DNA of 64,000 nt from positions 130,510,001 to 130,574,000 of the forward strand of contig OX597815.1 in the NCBI GenBank assembly GCA_951406725.2, in the 5' to 3' direction. Below the pieces are notes generated by a model, which saw only the letters and a program-made list of their open reading frames with translations, ran no database searches and was not told the DNA's origin. This document shows, one piece after another, positions 35,443-48,385 of this stretch. Position 1 is the first letter of the stretch; each line of letters opens with the position of its first letter. Position numbers and translations under genes: made by a program. This DNA is from Octopus vulgaris. Lineage: Eukaryota.

Positions 35443-38400
35443 GTATTTATAACAGCCTTTATAATTTACCTTTAGCTATTATTAACAGTTGTAATGTTCA
35501 TATAACTCTTGTATATTTCTTCCACGTGGTTTGATAGTAAATAACTCGTTTCCTAATCCAAGTTATTGTTTCCTCGGATTATTAACGTCACGAATACTAT
35601 TTAAAGGAATTCCAACGGCACATATTCTTGTTTTTCACTGTTTTTGAGTCAACCTCTTTGCATGATGTCTGTAAATGTAGCGTTACGAACTGCTAGAATT
35701 GTTTGTAATTTAGGCAAAAGGCCCGCAATTTTGAAGGGAGGGCATTATCCCTTATCATTGACACCAGAATTTGACTGGTACTTTATTTTTATCGACCTCA
35801 GAAAGATTAATGGTAATTCAGAACAGAGAGACCCTGAACAAATACCGCATGACATTTACCCGTCATTCTAACACTTCTGAGCCAAATCTTCCTCAAATCA
35901 TACCTTACGTATCTTAAAAAGGTAGGATGTATTGGGTAATATCTTTCTCCATACACAGTGTCTGAATAAAAAAACTGGATGGTCACGACTGTAGCTTCCT
36001 TGATCATGGATCTACTTGAGAAGAGGTGAATTGGGACTAAGCAACACCTGTTTACAGGTAATTTCATAAAAACTACGTTAACGAGGAATCGTCTACAACC
36101 TATAGCAATGAGTAATTTTATACACAGTCACTCTACTTAAAAGCATTCAAATTGCTTTCAAATCACACCTTAAAATAATGAAGGCCACTTCGACTATTCC
36201 GGGCCAAAAATCACTATCTGAATGAAAGACGGGATGGTCATGACAGGAACACATTTGATCACAAATCATTGCTGATTTGAGGTTACACAAAAATCATAAT
36301 TTGGCATCGGGGTCTATTTCGTCCTTCATTCTCATGGAATGGAGATATTCTTGTGTCATAATTGTTAAGTATAACAACTGACTAATAATAATGTAAGGAT
36401 GATAATTTTTAGCTTTAACAATGGTCCCATTATGTAAGGGAGATTTTCTCCTGTTATAATTCCATTCACGTCTACAAAGCTTTATACCAGAGGTTCTCAA
36501 ACTTGGGGTCACCGTCCCCCTCACAGGCACATAATACCCTCAACGCTCCACCCCTATTTTTATGTATAAATAAACATTTTATATTTTATTAATTTATATA
36601 TACTATGAATCATTTGATATTTAATGTAATATTATGTAATTTGTATACAATACTATAATAATAATATTATAAATTCATAGCGTCCCCCAATCAACTGCCT
36701 TCCTCCCAACGCCTCATTTTTCTCTACTGCCCCCTTACACACCAGCACCCACCTGGACCATCTCAACGCTCACTGGGGGAGCAGCAGCACCCATTTTGAG
36801 AACCTGTGCTTTATACGAATATCAGATCAATCCAAGTACTTTAGTTCTGTTGATCACAAAAGAATAAAAGTATTAGCAGGAATTTTGTTTGACAATATGA
36901 TTCAATCACTTAACTTCATTATATGCATCACCATTATCATAATCATTTAATGCTCGACAAAACGCGGTGCTCCAGCATGGCCACAGTCAAATGACTGAAA
37001 CAAATAAAAACAAAATATATGGTTAGTCCACATTACTCTGTACGGGGCATGGGGCTGGTTTCCCAGTTTTTTGGCATAAATATTCCTCCCTGGATGGGAT
37101 GCCAGTCCAATGCAGGATTACTTGTTTTTACCCGCTGAGTGGACTAGGGCAATGTGAAATGAAGTGTTATGCACAAGAATACAACACATCACCGGGTCCA
37201 GGAATTGAAACCACAATCTTGTGATCATGAGTCCAACACCCTAACCACTAAGCCATGCACATACACACACATAGACATATGACAAATTTCTTTCAGTTTC
37301 CATCTACCAAATCCATTCACAAGGCTTTGGTTGGCTTAGGACTATAATAGAAGACACTTGCCCAAAGTGCCAACCTGAAACGACATAGTTGGAAAGCAAG
37401 CATCTTAACCCCACAGCTGCATCTGTGCCTCTTAATGATACTGTTACCTTATCCCATGGAGGGCCGAAAGACGAAAACAACCTTAGTAGGATTTAAACCC
37501 CCAATCATAAAATCATGTAGTTCAACTCTCTACTGTTTTTGCCATATCAAATTTGTTTAACAATGATAATATAATATAGGCAGTGGGTGCTCTGAGAGGG
37601 GTCTCGGGGAGTAGAGTCCCTGCCTTCCTGAGCTAGTTTTCCACCACATTTCTAAAAAATCATGGTTGAGGCCTTGGTCTCGGGACCACTCATATCTAGA
37701 AACTGAGGTTTGGGGTAAGCAACGGTATGCTCCTCATAGAAACTCCAGCTCCAAATAAGCCTCATGATAGCAAGGTTGAGGTGGGCTGCACCTGCCTGCA
37801 TCGGTTGCCATGGCATTGAGATAGATCCGGCCACCTTTAAGTGGGAACAAAACCCGGATTTAAAACACTGGATGATGATGAGGAGGAGGAAGAGGAGCCT
37901 CGTGCAGTCTCCTGGCTTGCCAGTCCTCAGTCAAACTGTCCAGCCCATGCCAGCATGGAAAGTAGACATTAAATGATGTGATGATGATAAATGATTTCTG
38001 CAAGAATTGTGTTTGTTTTATTTCAGTTAACAACAGTGTTGCCAGACTGGCTGCTATGCCAGTGGCAAGTAAAATGCCCCATTCAAGCGTGGTTGATGTC
38101 AGTACTGCCTGACTGGCCCTCGTGCAGGTGGCATGTAAAAGGCACCCGCTACACTCTTGGAGTGGTTGGCATTAGGAAGGACATCCAGCTGTAGAAACTC
38201 AGCTAGATCAGATTGGAGCCTGGTGCAGCCTTCTGGCTTGCCAGCTCTCAGTCAAACTGTCCGACCCATGCCAGCATGGAAAGCAGATGGCCTCGGGCCG
38301 ACCAAAGCCTTGTGAGTGGATTTGGTAGATGGAAACTGAAAGAAGCCTGTCGATATATATATATGTATGTTTGTGTGTCTGTGTTTGTCCCCCCAACAAC

Positions 38401-38784
38401 GCTTGACAACCAATGCTGGTGTGTTTATGTCCCCGTCACTTAACGGTTCGGTAAGAGAGACCGATAGAATAAGTCCTGGGGTTGATTTGCTTGACTAAAG
38501 GTGGTGCTCCAGCATGGCCACAGTCTAATGACTGAAACAAATAAAAGAATAAAAGAAAAGAAATTGTAATCATTTAATTCTTTCAACTTTTGCTTGTTTC
38601 AATCTGCAGACTACAGCCATGCTGGAGCACCGCCTTTATTGGAGTAAATCGACCACAGAGCTTATTCTTTGTAAGCCTAGTACTTATTCTATTGGTCTCT
38701 TTTACTAAACCGCTAAGTTGTGGGGATGTAAACACTCCAGCATCGGTTGTCAAGTGATGTTGGGGGACAAACATATACACACAT

Positions 38785-38816
<32 letters not shown>

Positions 38817-39401
38817 GTATGACAGGCTTCTTCCAGTTTCTGTCTACCAAATCCACTCACAAGGCTTTGGTTGGCCTGAAGCTATAGTGGAAGACACTTG
38901 CCCAAGGTGCCACGCAGTGGGACTGAACCCGGAACCATGTGGTTGGGAAATAAACTTCTTACCACACAGCTGTGCCAGATATATATGTATTTTTTCCTTG
39001 ATTAATTTCATTTATCATTTCTTTTGTAGCTAATCTAATTTTTTTCACTTTTTTCCTCTACAGGAATTTCCTGACAGGTTTCAGGAAACGAAAGAAGGAA
39101 CGACAACATAAAGCCAAAAAAATGATGGAAGAAAAACTGAAAAAAGAAAGAAGAGAAATAAGGAAAGAGGTGAGTTTCTTTGGTGTGGGTTGTTGTGTGT
39201 TCTTTTGCTTTTACTGGCTTCAGTCATTTGACTGTGGCCATTCTGGAGCACCACATTTAGTTGAACAAATGCCCCCCTCCCCCACCAAGACTTATTCGCT
39301 GTAAGCCTAGTACTTATTCTACCGGTCTTTTTTGCGGAACCACTAAGTTACGGGGATGTAAACACACCAACATCGGTTGTCAAGCAATGGTGGGGGAACA
39401 G

Positions 39402-39453
<52 letters not shown>

Positions 39454-40763
39454 TATATAGAAGGAGCTTCTACAGGACTAGTACTGTTTCATTCAAGAGA
39501 AATCTTCAGGAAGCTATTTAACAAGAATTGTATTAGCATTTATACATTTAGGCAGGTTTAAAGGAGTGGTGGTGGGGGACTTTTTGGGGTAGGCATAGCG
39601 CAAAATATCATACTTGGGGGAGTGGTCAAGGAGTCAGTGGTAAGTTAGATGAAAGAATAGATAAATAAAAAAATAAAAAAATAAAAAAATAAAAAATATA
39701 TATAAAAAATATATATATAAAAAATATATATATAAAAAAAGGGGGGATAGAGTTATAGGTAAATAAGGAGATTCTCACTTATACCTATACACACATGTAT
39801 ACGTATCTACACACACATATATATACACACATATATATACACACATATATATATACATATATATACATATATATACATATACATATATACACACATACAT
39901 ACATATCTACATACACACATACATACACCCGCCCACATATACAAATTTATACACATGCACATGCCTATACCTGTCTACACATACACACACGTATATATGC
40001 ATACACTCACTCCCATGCATGCACGCATACACACATGTATATATATATATATATATATACCCACGACCACACATACATATATACACAGAAAAATATATAT
40101 TCATACGCACATACACTCATGCACACACAACACACCTAGTTCCCTATATACACATATTTACACCTATCTATACATACACCCACATACACCTATGTACATA
40201 TATATATATATATACATACATATACACGCATACATATATATACATGTGTGCACATACATACATACACACATATACATACACATACACATACACATGTGTA
40301 CCTATACATACCTACACATACACACATACATACATACAAATATATATATATATATATATATATACAATCCAATACAGGCCCATTCCCTAATTTTAATTTT
40401 ATTATCTTCATTTATTACTTTTGTTATCTGTGATCGCTAGAGCTGAGAATCCTGGCTATGGCTGCATGTCCATTTGTCTGTCTACTAGAAGGCAAGTACT
40501 CATTCCCGCACGCACACTCATTAGCACGTACATTCACCCATTCGTACACTCATACACATACACGTACGCACGCGTTATATTCATACATACAAACATCTAC
40601 ATACGTTCACGTATATACACATACGTACTCGTACCTACAGATTCGTGTCTACACTTTAGGAGGCTAGTCTATACATATACACCAATAAATATACATATAT
40701 ATATATATATACACACATATACATACACACACACACATATATACTCCTACATACAGATACATA

Positions 40764-40799
<36 letters not shown>

Positions 40800-41272
40800 C
40801 ATACACATACACACATATACACACACATACATACACATATATATACATACACAAACATATATACACACATATATATATATACATACACACATACACACAT
40901 ACATACGTATACATACATACATACATCCATACATCCATACTTACATGCATTTATACGCATACACACACCCATCTATATATATATATACACACTCACACAT
41001 ACATATACAAATCTACGCACACACATACATACATACACGTATACACATACACGCACATACACATATACATGCGTACCCATACACGTGCACACACGCACGC
41101 GCATCCATATATATACACACACACACATATGTATACGCGTGTGCAAGCATACATACATACTCATACGCGCACACATAGTTACATATACATATATGCACAC
41201 ACTTACACACATATATATACATGCACATATACATGCATACATACATATATGCATACATACACACACGCACTC

Positions 41273-41303
<31 letters not shown>

Positions 41304-42459
41304 TATATATATACATACACATACATACACATACACATACATACACACATATACACATATATATATATATATACACATATACACATACATATATACACAT
41401 ATACATACATATACATACACACACACATACATATATACATATACACTGATACACATACCCATACATATATATATATATATACACACACACACATATACAC
41501 ATGCATATACTTATATCACTACATACTCACATATATAAACATACATACATATACACACATACATATATACATGTACATACACATACGCATGCATATATAC
41601 ATATACATACATATATATACCTATATATATATATATATATATATACATACACACACACACACACATACATATACACATATACCTGTATACATACGCAATA
41701 ATGATACACATATATACACATACACACACACAGACAGATGCATATACATACATATATATATATAAAAATTACATATCTATATAAATACATACATAATACA
41801 CATATACACACACATATATATACATTCATGCATATACATATACAAGTATACATACACATACATACACACACACGCGCACACATACATATACACACACACA
41901 TATACAAATACATACATACACACATACACACACACATATATATACATACATGTACACATATACATATATATATATATCAACAAGGGAGGGTAAAGTTAAT
42001 TAGTTATTAATCAATTTCATCAAGTGTTCAGTATGTAAAGGGACCATTATTATTTTGAGTAAACAATGTTAGAGGGAAAAAAATTCTCTAAGTAGTGGAA
42101 GAGGCTAAAAAACTTTATTGGCTGCTATTTCTAGAAAGTTTAGTATGTGGCAAAGTAATTTATTTTATTTTACTAAGCCCTAATTATATAATACTTTATA
42201 CATACATACACATACATAAACACATACATTTACACATACATATGCATATACATATATACACAAATACATACAAACACATATACACATATACACACACACA
42301 CACATACAAGCACATACATATATATATATATATATATACATATGTATATATATATATGCAAATATATATACATATATATTTTTTTACATGCATACATACA
42401 CACACACACACATAATACATGCGTATATTCCTACTGTACCCATGCATTTCTATACATAT

Positions 42460-42492
<33 letters not shown>

Positions 42493-45400
42493 GTAGAAGA
42501 CATATGCCCAAGGTGCCATGCAGTGGGACTGAACCTGGAACCATATGGTTGGGAAACAAGCTTCTTACCACACAGCCATGCCTGCACTTGTAAGTTGTTT
42601 TTTTCTTGGTAGGGATGGGGGATTGTGGGGAATCTGAAATAGAAAGATTAAATAAAAAGTGGGAAGAAAATAATAGTATGGTGAATATGAAGGCATGGGT
42701 GTGGCTGTGGGGCAAGAAGTTAGTTGCTTCCCAACCACATGGTTCTGAGTTCAGTCCCACTGCATGGCACCTTTTACTATGGCCTCAAGCCAACCAAAGC
42801 CTTGGGAGTGGATTTGGTAGATGGAAACTGAAAAAAAAACTTGTGTATATATGTGTGTGTGTGTGTTCTGCATCCCTGTAACTTTGCAGTTCAGCAAAAG
42901 AGACCAATAGAATAGTACCAGGCTTAAAAAAAGTAAATAAAAAGTACTGGGATCAATTCATTTGACTAAAATCTCTTCAAGGTGATGCCCCAGCATGGCC
43001 GTAGTCTAATGACTGCAACAAGTAAACATAGAAACCAACACTAAATTATGATGATGATATTTTCTACTAAAGATAAAAATCCTAAACATCTTGTATTTTG
43101 TTTTCTTTCTCTCTTCTTTTAGAAACGGGAACTGTTCAAGACAATGGCACGAGAATCTGCAATTCCTGAAGAAATCAAACATCTTCTTGATCCCAAAGTT
43201 TATGATTTGGACGATCACACTGTGACAGTAACAGACATCTCAGAAGTTGACCTTTCTGGTCAAGATGGATTACGACTGGGAATAAACAAGGTCAGTCAGT
43301 GCTAAACACGGTCATTGGTTGTTGTTGTTTACCTCCAGATTAGCTGTAATCAAATGGACCTATGATCTCTGACATTTCAACCATAGCCATCGTGTTTTAT
43401 GAGCAAAAGCTTTCCAACCATGACTGTCTTGTCTTTTTTTGTTTTTTGTATATAGCAGTACCACATCACCGATTAAGTTCTTCTTTTCTAAGGTTAGGGT
43501 ATGATTCGGGGGAGATTTGGCTGCTATTTGAAGGCCTTCTTCCCCCAAGTCATATTGGTTTTGAATTATCATCAATGCTTCTGTAACTTTGCTTTTATTC
43601 TTCTAGGTAGGGGTCTAGCCCCTTTCTTTGACCTATGCAGCATGAGATGCCGTGCCAGGAGCTTGCCTTGAAGACTTTATCCTATAAATCGACCCCCCCC
43701 CAATTATTATTTATTAATGGGAGAGTATTGTAGTTCGCTTGAAGCATTGTGTATTGTTTGTAAAGAATAAAATGTTTTGAATGGTACAACAATGGGCTAT
43801 ATACCTGTTGTAATTTAGTCATCCATAGTTTGATATGATATTTTGGAATAATATTCCTTCTTCCGATATTCTTAGATGGAGTCACTGCTATAATCGGTTT
43901 TATTTTTTAAGTTTGGTACTGCTCTAAGTCGCTTCTGCCGAACTGTTAACTTATAGGAACGTAAACGAACCAACACCAGTTGACAAGTAGTGTTGGAGGC
44001 AGGGGAAAACAAATGCAAAGGCACACACATACATACATATCTAACAAGCTTCCAGTTTCTACCTACCAAACTCACTCGCATTAGCTGTCCTGGAGTTATA
44101 ATAGAAGACACTTGCCAAAGGTGTCATGCAGTGCAAGTGAACCCAAAACCATATGGTTTCAAAGCAAACCTCTTAACCACATAGCCATACCTGTATTTAT
44201 GTTAATTATTTCACTAAACCTTTTATCATCATCATCATCGTTTAATGTCTGTTTTCCATGCTGGTATGAGTTAGACGGTTCGACTGGGGTCTGGGAAGCC
44301 AGGAGGCTGCATCAGGCTCCAATCTTGTCTGGCAAGGTTTCTACAGCTGGATGCCCCTTCCTAACACCAACCACTCTGAGAGTGTAGTAGGTGCTTTTTA
44401 CAGGCCACTGGCACAGGAACCAGTCAGGGGGCACTGGCGTCGACCATGTTTGGATGATGCTATTTACATGCTACCGGCACAGAAGCCAGTCAGGGGGCAC
44501 TGGCCTCAGCCCATGCTTTCATATTGTCTGTGATATATGCCCTGATATAACTCTTTGTTAGTCATTTGTCATAAGATATTTAGAGCAATACAGGGCATTC
44601 AGGTATTCATGCCATTTAAATTTTTTTCTATGGGAGACTCAATTCCTGGTTGTTTGGGAAATTAGAAAAACACAAAGGCAGAATGTATTTTTCCATGGAA
44701 ACCATCATCATCATCGTTTAACATCCACTTTCCATGCTGGCATGGGTTCGATGGTTTGACCGAGGGCTGGCAAGACAGAAGGTTGCACCAGGCTCCAATC
44801 TGATCTGGCAATGTTTCTACAGCTGGATGCCCTTCCTAATGCCAACCAGTCCAAGAGTGTAGTGGGTGCTTTTAACATGCCACCGGCATGAGGGCCAGTC
44901 AGGCAGTACTGGCAAAGACCATGCTCGAATGGTGCTTTTTATGTGCCACTGGCATGAGAGCCAGTCAGGTGGCACTAGTAATAACCACGCTTGAATGATG
45001 CTTTCTACATGCCACTGGCATGGGACCAGTCAACTGGCACTGGCAATGACCACGCTTGAATGATGCTTTTTACGTGCCACCGGCATGGAACCAGTCAGCT
45101 GGCACTGGCCATGCTCGAATGATGCTTTTTACGTGCCACCAGCTTGGGAGCCAGTCACGTGGTACTGGCAACGATCACGCTCGAATGGTGCTATTTACAT
45201 GCCGGTGGCATGTAATACAGTTATATAATGGTTAAATGATGAAAAAGTTGTGCAAGTCTCTTGTGTATGAACTTAATATTCTGTATTCTCTAATTTCCTC
45301 TTATTATTCGTCTAATGATTGGTTAATTCGTAAAGTTGTATATCATACAACATGCATATTTGTGGAATAAGTTTGATGGAGTTGTTATTTTGGTATTTCT

Positions 45401-46969
45401 TCATTTTTCTGTAGGCTCTTAGAGAAGAAAAGGAACCAGCAGAAATGCTAACAGACCCATCAGAGGAAAATACCGATGAAAAAGTGAAAAATAAGAAGAT
45501 TTTTGAAGAAAAACTTCGCAATCGGTTAGTATACACATGTGCGCACACACACACACACACATTCATTCATTTATTTTACCTGTATATTTGTTAGATAAAT
45601 ATGAGGTATTTGTTTTATAACTAGATACCCTTTGTGTTGCTGAATCTGACTTGTTTTATGAGTAAATAGATTTTTATTCTCTTTGTCTTTGAAAGTGCAG
45701 AGCTACAGGATGATTTGTAAGCAGGGAATATCAAGAAAAGTCACTGTTTTTTGTTTCATGTTTTTCATGCAAGGATGTAGAATGTGCCGGTAGCACATAA
45801 AAAGCACCATCCGAACGTGGCCAATGCCAGCGCCACCCCGACTGGTTTCTGTGCCGGTGGCACATAAAAGGCACCATCCGAACGTGGCCGTTGCCAGCGC
45901 CGCCTTGGCTGGCTTCCGTGCCGGTGGCACATTAAAAGCTCCAACCGATCGTGGCCAATGCCGGACCCCCCTGGCACCTGGCACGTAAAAAGCACCCACT
46001 ACACTCGCGGAGTGGTTGGCATTCAGCTGTAGAAACTCTGCCAGATCAGACTGGAGCCTGGTGCAGCCCCTGGCTTCCCAGACCCCGGTCGAACCGTCCA
46101 ACCCGTGCTAGCGCGGAAAACGGACGTTAAACGATGATGATGATGACATGCATGTGCACAAACACACACACACGTGTGCATACATGAAAACATGTCTGGG
46201 CTTCTTGACATCTTGTATGATCTTTGTAAACAAATGGCTCATTCATTTGGTGTTATTTATTTCCAGTTCTTTTCATAAACATGTGCAGGCTATTTGTTGT
46301 TTGATACACTGGGAGATTATTACTTTGCTTGGAAACAGGTAACAATTGAAGACAAGAGGGATGTCTGACCTTATAAAACTCTGCTTTGCCAATGTGCTTT
46401 CATTTGAGCCATGAAGGCTTGGAAAAATAAATGTTAAAACAGTGATGGTGATAATGATGATTGCTAGGCTTCTGTACAGCTTCAGACTACTAATTCTACT
46501 CACAAGACATTTGTCTGCCTGAGGCTACAGCAGAAGACATTTGCCTAAGGCAGAAACTGAGACTGCATAGTAACAAAGCATCTCTCTCTTTATATAAGTG
46601 TGTCTGGGTATGTAGGTGTGAATATATGAAAGTGGCTCTTTTTTTTCTGTTCTGCTTAATTTATTTATTAACCCCTGTTCGATGCACAATATGAACTTGT
46701 GAAACAAAATGCAAACGTACTAATGAGACCACTGGATGTTCAATGAGATAAGTTGAGCAGAGCAGTGTTTGAATGACAATTCAACAAGTTAAACGAATGG
46801 ATGTCATCACATCTCTTATTTCGATTTAATCTTTTGATATTTCAGGATCAAAAAAGCCAATGATTTACAGCAAAGACTGAAGGCAAAACAGAAGAAAAAA
46901 CATGTCCCTCGAAGTGATTCAGACCCAAAATCTAGAAAAGATAAAATGTTTCGGAGAAAGAAGAAATAA
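35366..46969 (+). CDS. NOL12: Nucleolar protein 12 (Rrp17/Nop25 family), 5 exons, 194 aa, complete CDS
   Basis: Exons 35366-35442, 39064-39169, 43123-43290, 45415-45524, 46846-46969; GT-AG, phases join, 585 nt. Family motifs [20 protein letters not shown] and [20 protein letters not shown]; basic C-terminus. Confidence 0.93.
36488..36808. mobile_element. hAT-type MITE
   Basis: TIR CAGAGGTTCTCAAA / TTTGAGAACCTGTG; perfect 8-bp TSD CTTTATAC. Confidence 0.85.
39064..39169 (+). CDS. NOL12: NOL12 exon 2 ([20 protein letters not shown]...IRKE)
   Basis: polypyrimidine-CAG acceptor, GTGAGT donor, 106 nt. Confidence 0.93.
39465..39515 (-). ncRNA. Type I hammerhead ribozyme motif
   Basis: AGCUUC-CUGAAGA-UUUC(UCUU)GAAU-GAAA-CAG(UACUAGUC)CUG-UA-GAAGCU: 6-bp stem I, complete core, 4-bp stem III, GUA cleavage triplet. 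Confidence 0.75.
39780..42491. repeat. About 2.7-kb mixed (CA/TA) low-complexity block with short unique islands
   Basis: Alternating purine-pyrimidine ATACAC/ATAT sequence; source of the H/I/Y/T and C/V/Y/M ORFs. Confidence 0.95.
43123..43290 (+). CDS. NOL12: NOL12 exon 3 (KRELFK...[26 protein letters not shown])
   Basis: TTTTAG acceptor, GTCAGT donor, 168 nt. Confidence 0.92.
45415..45524 (+). CDS. NOL12: NOL12 exon 4 ([10 protein letters not shown]...EEKLRN)
   Basis: TTTCTGTAG acceptor, GTTAGT donor, 110 nt, phase fits. Confidence 0.82.
46846..46969 (+). CDS. NOL12: NOL12 exon 5 ([19 protein letters not shown]...FRRKKK*)
   Basis: TTTCAG acceptor, TAA stop 46967-46969. Confidence 0.82.
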
Positions 46970-48130
46970 AGGTTATTTTAGCTTATGTACTTCTATGTTG
47001 TCATTTTGCTGAAGGGTAGTGCAAGGGAAAGTACTTTAGCTAAACTGAAAAAGGGCTACAAGTGGGTCACTGAGCTGTTTGGTTAGGTTGGTAATTGTTA
47101 AATATTAATAAATTCTTTCACAGTCAGTATTTTCCATCATGTATTTCCTTTCATTAAAAATTCGGCAACTTTGTAATTTAGTTGTGCTCCATATTACAGG
47201 ACAGGTGAAATGGGTTGTAATTACTGACCAAGGAGAAGGTAGCATAATTTCTTTGTTGTTCAGAAAAATCTAAGTAACTGAACCATCTATACATTCCCAT
47301 ATTCCCATACTAGTGACAGAGAAACCAGGTTTATCTGTAATAACACCAGTTTTTAGATATGAATGGGTGTGTTCGGCTGTATGCAAAACATTAGGAACAG
47401 CAACATCATGGATGATGTGAGTGTAGGAATACCTAACTCGGACAGGCTGGCTGAAAGAATCAGCAATTGATGCTCAGATGGGTTGAACTTTGCTTCACAA
47501 CCTTGTTGCCACTTTATCAGGTGTCTTCTACTAAATGCCTTGTGAATGAATTTAGTTAATAGAAATTGTGAGGAAGCCTGTCATATACCTTTAATGTCTG
47601 CTTTTGATGCAAGCATGAATTGAATGAATGCGTAGTATTGACGCTAAGTTTTACAGCTGGGTTCCCTTGTTTCTCAAATAGGGAACCTTTTATTCCATGT
47701 GTCTTTCAAAGTGCAGAACTGGCAGATGATTTGTTGACAGGGAATGTCAACTACTATCTCAGATTTAGCTCAATAATTTTGATGTGAAGCAAAGAATCCA
47801 AATATTCACACAAATATGCACAGGCACACGCACAAATGATAAGCTTCCATACAGTTTCCATCTCCCAATTTCATTCGCAAGGCATTGGTCAGCCTGAGGC
47901 TACAAAGGGTCAAGAGGACCATTAATGGCATTAATTTTACCTGTCTTTGGGAGATCTCTAAAAGCTATGGGCATTACCCACTTCTTCCAAGCCACAAGGT
48001 AAAGGAAAAAATCCAGAAAACAAACAAATAAATAAATAAATAAAAACAAGCGATTTTCTTTATTTCATTATTTGTCTCTCTTTCTCTCTCTCTGATGGTT
48101 ATGTGTGTGTGGAAGAGTAACTCTTCTTAG

Positions 48131-48385
48131 TTAAACAATTCCTTGTTCAAATATAAGTTCATCATCCAACAGTCTTTCAAATGTAAATCTGGATAAATCT
48201 ATAGTTTCAAACTTGCCATCAATAATGCATTCCATAATGGCACGGCCAATGGCAGGGGCATGTTGAATGCCATGGCCACTGAGACCATTGGCGAAAAACA
48301 TATTCCTGTGGTAAGGGTGATTTCCAATAATTAAATTTTGGTCAGCGTAATTGTAATCATAGAAACCAGCCCAAGCACTCTTCAC
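48131..48385 (-). CDS. FOXRED1: FOXRED1 last exon ([12 protein letters not shown]...EQGIV*)
   Basis: TTTTAG acceptor, TAA stop; candidate AATAAA at 48064-48059. Confidence 0.95.
   Translation of the reverse strand: MKSAWAGFYDYNYADQNLIIGNHPYHRNMFFANGLSGHGIQHAPAIGRAIMECIIDGKFETIDLSRFTFERLLDDELIFEQGIV

Noticed and set aside
39795-42593. Long ORFs of 100-342 aa (e.g. 40421..41449)
   Set aside because: Translations of CA/TA low-complexity DNA, open in many frames on both strands; not genes.
44860-45215. CRISPR-like repeat-spacer array
   Set aside because: Eukaryotic context, no cas genes, spacers resemble one another; part of an RTE 3' UTR.
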